A stretch of 22,001 nucleotides of DNA from Candidatus Zixiibacteriota bacterium. GTDB taxonomy: Bacteria; Zixibacteria; MSB-5A5; CAIYYT01. Made by a program: the position numbers and the translations under genes. The stretch spans positions 1 through 22,001 of the forward strand of contig JBECKX010000148.1 of the NCBI GenBank assembly GCA_040235515.1. The letters run 5' to 3'. Of the stretch, positions 17,996-22,001 are shown in pieces. The first letter of the stretch is position 1. Every line of letters begins with the position of its first letter. The notes under the pieces are model-generated. The model saw only the letters and a program-made list of their open reading frames with translations, did no database searches and was not told where the DNA came from.

Positions 17996-18099
17996 CGACC
18001 TAGACTCCTTCTATGCACCTGGTTTTCGAGTTTTCTTTCTGTAAAATACGCGCTTATTGTTTGCCTGTGGGCGTAAAGTTTCTGCCCGGAAAGGTTGTA

Positions 18100-18127
18100 A
18101 TGATAGCATTGCGAAACTTTTTGACAA
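18100..18127 (-). promoter_or_regulatory. Sigma70-type promoter for glnA
   Basis: Minus strand reads TTGTCA-N16-TATCAT with an extended -10 (TGcTATCAT). Lies just downstream of the upstream gene's terminator. Confidence 0.65.
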
Positions 18128-18156
18128 GGGTAATTTTCAAAAGGTGCCTGATAGGC

Positions 18157-18194
18157 AAAAAAAAAGAGGGCCGATCTCGCTTGATCGACCCTTC
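18157..18194 (-). terminator. Rho-independent terminator of the nfeD-SPFH operon
   Basis: Minus strand reads GAAGGGTCGATC-AAGCGA-GATCGGCCCTC followed by T9, 22 nt after the SPFH stop. Confidence 0.9.
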
Positions 18195-18216
18195 GGAGTA
18201 ACTTCAATCAGTTCGA

Positions 18217-19011
18217 CTACGTTCTGGGGGTGTCATCGATCTGCCGATTGATGTCGTGACGCACTTTCTCGATAAATGGAGTAAAGAGATCGATCGGCAC
18301 CGGGAACACGAGTGTGGAATTCTTCTCCGCAGCGACCTCTGTAAGCGTCTGCAGGAAACGAAGTTGCAGGGTAAAGCCGGACTTCTCCATCACCTGGGCG
18401 GCTTCGGCGAGTCGCTCGGCCGCCTGATACTCACCCTCGGCGTGAATAATCTTCGACCGGCGTTCACGCTCGGCCTCCGCCTGACGGGCTATGGCGCGGG
18501 TCATCTCGGTCGGCAGGTCGACATTCTTCACCTCAACCACCGATACTTTCACACCCCAGGGCTCGGTCTGTTCGTCGATGATTTTTTGCAGGCGGTGGTT
18601 GATCTCATCGCGGTTGGAAAGCAGGTCATCGAGTTCGACCTGACCCAGCACCGATCGCAGCGTCGTCTGCGCAATCATCGAGGTTGCGTAGAAGTAATCT
18701 TCCACATTGATGATCGCATTCGCCGGGTCCATCACCTGAAAGTAAATCACGGCATTGACCTTCACCGTAACGTTGTCCTTGGTGATGATGTCCTGCGGTG
18801 GCACATCCATCGTGAATGTCCGCAGCGACACCTTTACCATGCGGTCGATGAACGGAATCAGCAGTATCAAGCCCGGTCCCTTCACACCGACCATACGGCC
18901 CAGTCGAAAGATCACGCCACGCTCATATTCCGCCAGAATGCGTATTGCATTGAGCAGGACGAAGAGAAAAAAGACAATTACAACTACTAAGGCAGCAAGT
19001 CCACTAGGCAT
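18217..19011 (-). CDS. SPFH/Band 7 stomatin-like (slipin) protein
   Basis: N-terminal TM segment, [75 protein letters not shown]. Confidence 0.95.
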   Translation of the reverse strand: MPSGLAALVVVIVFFLFVLLNAIRILAEYERGVIFRLGRMVGVKGPGLILLIPFIDRMVKVSLRTFTMDVPPQDIITKDNVTVKVNAVIYFQVMDPANAIINVEDYFYATSMIAQTTLRSVLGQVELDDLLSNRDEINHRLQKIIDEQTEPWGVKVSVVEVKNVDLPTEMTRAIARQAEAERERRSKIIHAEGEYQAAERLAEAAQVMEKSGFTLQLRFLQTLTEVAAEKNSTLVFPVPIDLFTPFIEKVRHDINRQIDDTPRT

Positions 19012-20319
19012 TTAGGCCTCCTTCTGCGCAGCCAGTTTTTCAACTACAAGAGTCTGATTTTCGCCGGAGATGACTCTGACCTTCTCGCCCTTCTCGATGG
19101 GAGACTCAGAGATTGCTTTCCATAGCGCACCGGCGACATAAACCATTCCTTCCTGATCGATCCGTTCCGCGACACGTCCGATCTTGCCAACCATCCCCTC
19201 GAATCCGGTCGCGACCTGTTTGCGGTGGGATCGGACTATCAAACCGACCACCAGCAGGAGAAACACCGCGCTGCAGATTGCGACGGTGATGATTACCGAG
19301 AGCGAGACTTTCAGCGCGGGCTCAGGGCTATCAATCAACATAAGCCCTCCCAGGACGATTGCAATGATCCCCCCTACACTCAACATGCCGTAACTGGTGA
19401 TCTTGATCTCGAGCAGGAACAATACGATTGCCAGCACGATCAGGGCCAGCCCGGCGACATTTATCGGTAAAGTCTGCATGCCAAACAGCGCCACGATGAT
19501 ACAGATCGCCCCGACGACACCCGGAAAGATCGCGCCGGGGTTATACAGTTCGATCGCCAATCCCAGTGATCCGAGTGAGAAGAGAATGAAGATTATGTTG
19601 GGATTGGTGATGATCGCCAGTATCGCTTCGGAGAAGGTTTGTTCCACTTCCTCCGGAATCGCCCCCACTACGTGCAGGGTATCCTCTCCATCAGGCATCG
19701 TGACAACGCGACCATCCGCCCTGGCGAGTAGTTCAGACAAATCCTCCGCAAGAAACTCAACGACATTGGAGTCAACCGCCTCGTTGTAAGGCAGGCTCGC
19801 ACCATCTCGGACCGCTCTTTCGGCCCAGGTCTTGTTGCGGTGGCGCTTTTCTGCAGCCGCCTTGAGGTTGGCAACGGCATCGTTGATGATCTTCTTGGAC
19901 ATCGAACTGTCGATGTCGCCTCCCCCCATCGACACCGGTGTGGCGGAACCGATGTTTGTCGAGGATGCCATCGCGGCCACGTGCGCGGCATAGGTGATGT
20001 AGACGCCGGCGGAAGCCGCCCTGCCACCGGATGGCGCCACCCACACGATCACCGGGACCTTGGCATTCATGATACCGGTCGTGATGCGCAGCGTGGTCTC
20101 CATCACTCCACCGGGCGTGTTCATCTTAATAATGAGTGCTGCCGCACCCTCTTCCTCGGCTTCGCTCAGCGCTCGTTCGAAATGCTTGAGCGTGATGGCG
20201 CCAATCGGCCCGTCGATCGTCATTATCTTGACACTGCTACCGGCCGCGGGCGACGCGAGAATGAGTGACAACGCCAGCGCGATAGTGGTTACTGATATCA
20301 ATTTGATTCGTGAAATCAT
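19012..20319 (-). CDS. nfeD: NfeD family membrane-bound serine protease (long form)
   Basis: Signal peptide, ClpP-class domain (IDGPI, NTPGG, RAASAG, IGSATP), several TM helices, C-terminal OB fold (G.VYVAGALWKA). Start moved to ATG 20319 with GGAGGAG upstream. Abuts the SPFH gene with no gap, the canonical pairing. Confidence 0.93.
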   Translation of the reverse strand: MISRIKLISVTTIALALSLILASPAAGSSVKIMTIDGPIGAITLKHFERALSEAEEEGAAALIIKMNTPGGVMETTLRITTGIMNAKVPVIVWVAPSGGRAASAGVYITYAAHVAAMASSTNIGSATPVSMGGGDIDSSMSKKIINDAVANLKAAAEKRHRNKTWAERAVRDGASLPYNEAVDSNVVEFLAEDLSELLARADGRVVTMPDGEDTLHVVGAIPEEVEQTFSEAILAIITNPNIIFILFSLGSLGLAIELYNPGAIFPGVVGAICIIVALFGMQTLPINVAGLALIVLAIVLFLLEIKITSYGMLSVGGIIAIVLGGLMLIDSPEPALKVSLSVIITVAICSAVFLLLVVGLIVRSHRKQVATGFEGMVGKIGRVAERIDQEGMVYVAGALWKAISESPIEKGEKVRVISGENQTLVVEKLAAQKEA

Positions 20320-20547
20320 CTGGGCTCCTCCCTGGAGAGCTACGGTCGAACCGCCGGTCGCCGACCGGCAGAGGTTCGGGCCAACACGGATGCAGGCTGA
20401 TACTTCACCCTGCCACCTCAATAATTGCCGAAACCGGAGCGTCGGGTCAACAAAAATCGGGATGACGCGCGCCGCGCAAGCTCGACTCGCAGGTCCAGTT
20501 ATTTTACGTAGACAGGAGGAATGGCGTTGCGAAAGTTGAGTCGGACG

Positions 20548-20564
20548 CCGGCGATTTTCACCGG
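20548..20564 (-). terminator. Short hairpin after the stop of the CBM9-like gene
   Basis: Minus strand reads CCGGTGA-AAA-TCGCCGG, 9 nt after the stop; no U-tract. Confidence 0.3.
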
Positions 20565-20573
20565 GTTGGCGGG

Positions 20574-22001
20574 TTAGTCAAGCTCTGCGACGCCGAAAAG
20601 ATCAGGCTGGGGTGCACCTCCGGGGGCGACCGTCGGCAGAACGAACCCCAATGCCTTGCGCGCTTCGAGATCATCGGGATTGTCGGCGTCGACCAACTCG
20701 ATACCAAGACCAATCCGCTTCAGGTCCTTGACGAACCACTTTCCGAAAGCCACCAATGGCAGTCGCAGTTCGAAATTGTAGCCATCGACGCTTCGCGAAC
20801 TCGCGATTTCATACGGCGCCTGCATCGTGGTTTTCAGACGCGCCTTGGGGTGGTTTGACGTCGGCGCCAGAATGGAAAACTCATAGCACCCCGGTTCGCA
20901 CTCATCGCTGCGCAGAAAGTAGCTACCGCCGGTCGGTCGCAGATCGACAAAGACCCGCACCATGTCGCCGATTCCGTCGGCGTTGCTGACAAGCATGTCG
21001 TCGAAGATCATGCCGGCGAAATAGATATCACTCTCATTGTAGGCTACCTGCATCACACCAGCCAGGTCGGTTGCGCCGGACCAGCCGGCATTGCCGTAGA
21101 ACCAGCCGCCCGCAGCCGACATCTGGATCGGCTTGATATCCTTCCAGTCAGAGAGATCGCCATCGAGCGTCGGTCCGTTTTTCATCTTCTTGATTTTATA
21201 GTAGGCCGAATTGTCACCGGTGGCGAGTGCGAGGCGAGCGGAGAGGTCCCGCACGGTTACCGGGTCGTTGATTGCATTGAGCTGATTCCGAACCTCACCG
21301 AAACACTTACGCGCGTTGCCCTCCTCGTTGATCCGATAGAGCTGGTAGCCCATGTCATAATAGAGCGTTGCCAGTACAGGGTGCTGCAGGGAGAGATCGA
21401 AAAACTCCCTGGCAACACTCTTGAGATAGTCTTTCCCGAACTGCTCAGACAACGCAGCGAGTCGCTGGATCGTCAGCTCAAGGTCACTCATCGGAGGAAT
21501 GCGCGGTTCCAGAGTCGCGGCCAGATAAGCCTTGAATGTCTTCATCGCCGCCACACCGTACTCTGCCGACTGCACGAAGAAATTGTCGTTATAGGAGAAC
21601 TTCGACATCTCAAGCCCTGCCTCGATCGCCGCATAACTGGTCGGGTAGCTCTCGATGATCTTCTTATAGGTCGACACCACCTCGTTGTTGTTTCCTGCCG
21701 TCTTCTGGAGGTAGGCCAACTCAAGCAGAGTCTCGGGCATCAAATCAGCCGTCGCCTGATCGGTCAATTCGGCGTTCAGGCTGGCGATGCGACTCTGCAC
21801 GTCTACCATCACAAGCGCAACTGCTTGAGGCATGACCCCTTCAAGAAATTCAGGCAGCGCCTGGATAGAGTCCGATTCCAGGCTTATCTCGATCAGTCCC
21901 AGCCTGGCATCGCAGGCAAGCCACGTTCCATTGCTCGAAACCAAAATGCCATTGTGCGGATGCTCTCCCAGCAGGTAATAGGACTCTCCGGTTGTGGAAA
22001 G
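20574..22001 (-). CDS. Protein with TPR-like helical repeats and a C-terminal CBM9-like/DOMON sugar-binding domain (5' end outside the window)
   Basis: The frame stays open beyond 21944 to the window edge (LSTTGESYYLLGEHPHNGILVSS...). TPR-like segment LLELAYLQ...VVSTYKKIIESYPTS. CBM9_1-like motifs PTLDGDLSDW, AYNESDIYFA..IFDD, GD.VRVFVD, GYNFELRLP, IGLGIELVDAD. Confidence 0.75.
   Translation of the reverse strand, partial: LSTTGESYYLLGEHPHNGILVSSNGTWLACDARLGLIEISLESDSIQALPEFLEGVMPQAVALVMVDVQSRIASLNAELTDQATADLMPETLLELAYLQKTAGNNNEVVSTYKKIIESYPTSYAAIEAGLEMSKFSYNDNFFVQSAEYGVAAMKTFKAYLAATLEPRIPPMSDLELTIQRLAALSEQFGKDYLKSVAREFFDLSLQHPVLATLYYDMGYQLYRINEEGNARKCFGEVRNQLNAINDPVTVRDLSARLALATGDNSAYYKIKKMKNGPTLDGDLSDWKDIKPIQMSAAGGWFYGNAGWSGATDLAGVMQVAYNESDIYFAGMIFDDMLVSNADGIGDMVRVFVDLRPTGGSYFLRSDECEPGCYEFSILAPTSNHPKARLKTTMQAPYEIASSRSVDGYNFELRLPLVAFGKWFVKDLKRIGLGIELVDADNPDDLEARKALGFVLPTVAPGGAPQPDLFGVAELD

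Noticed and set aside
17996..18095. Glutamine riboswitch, NtrC site or sigma-54 promoter upstream of glnA
   Set aside because: No recognisable aptamer or TGCAC-N7-GTGCA site. The GG-N10-GC candidate I noticed (GGCAAACAATAAGC) lacks the TTGC and GGCAC context.
18256..18990. 244-aa plus-strand ORF, and similar long antisense ORFs (e.g. 442-843, 2547-3191, 6914-7579, 10571-11251, 11339-12052, 16385-17059, 17165-17836)
   Set aside because: They lie antisense to well-conserved genes and have no recognisable motifs. Such shadow ORFs are expected from codon bias at this GC content.
1..22001. CRISPR array, IS/transposase, prophage, defence system, tRNA/rRNA
   Set aside because: No regularly spaced repeats, terminal inverted repeats or such genes were seen. 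Nearly all sequence is accounted for by core genes, and intergenic gaps are under 300 bp.

Overview
A core-genome housekeeping region (roughly mid-50s % GC by eye) from a diderm bacterium. The smg-coaBC-udg-dnaB order and the lipoprotein style suggest an FCB-affiliated lineage (inference only). From left to right: a partial bamA and rplU (-); uvrB and an orphan lipoprotein (+); then a long run of minus-strand genes: radA, dnaB, family-4 uracil-DNA glycosylase, coaBC, smg/DUF494, purH, purC, purN, gatB, gatA, glnA, an SPFH/slipin gene, nfeD, and a 5'-truncated TPR + CBM9-like protein. I found no mobile elements, CRISPR arrays, tRNA/rRNA genes or defence systems, and I cannot support a new multi-gene system here. 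The most interesting signals are non-coding: (1) a dense, phased DnaA-box cluster directly upstream of dnaB, with no dnaA in the window; (2) a near-consensus sigma-54 promoter upstream of smg-coaBC-udg; (3) a three-hairpin nfeD leader that can sequester its Shine-Dalgarno; (4) two near-identical promoters upstream of rplU and glnA. Two canonical operons are also broken up: rplU lacks rpmA and gatAB lacks gatC.
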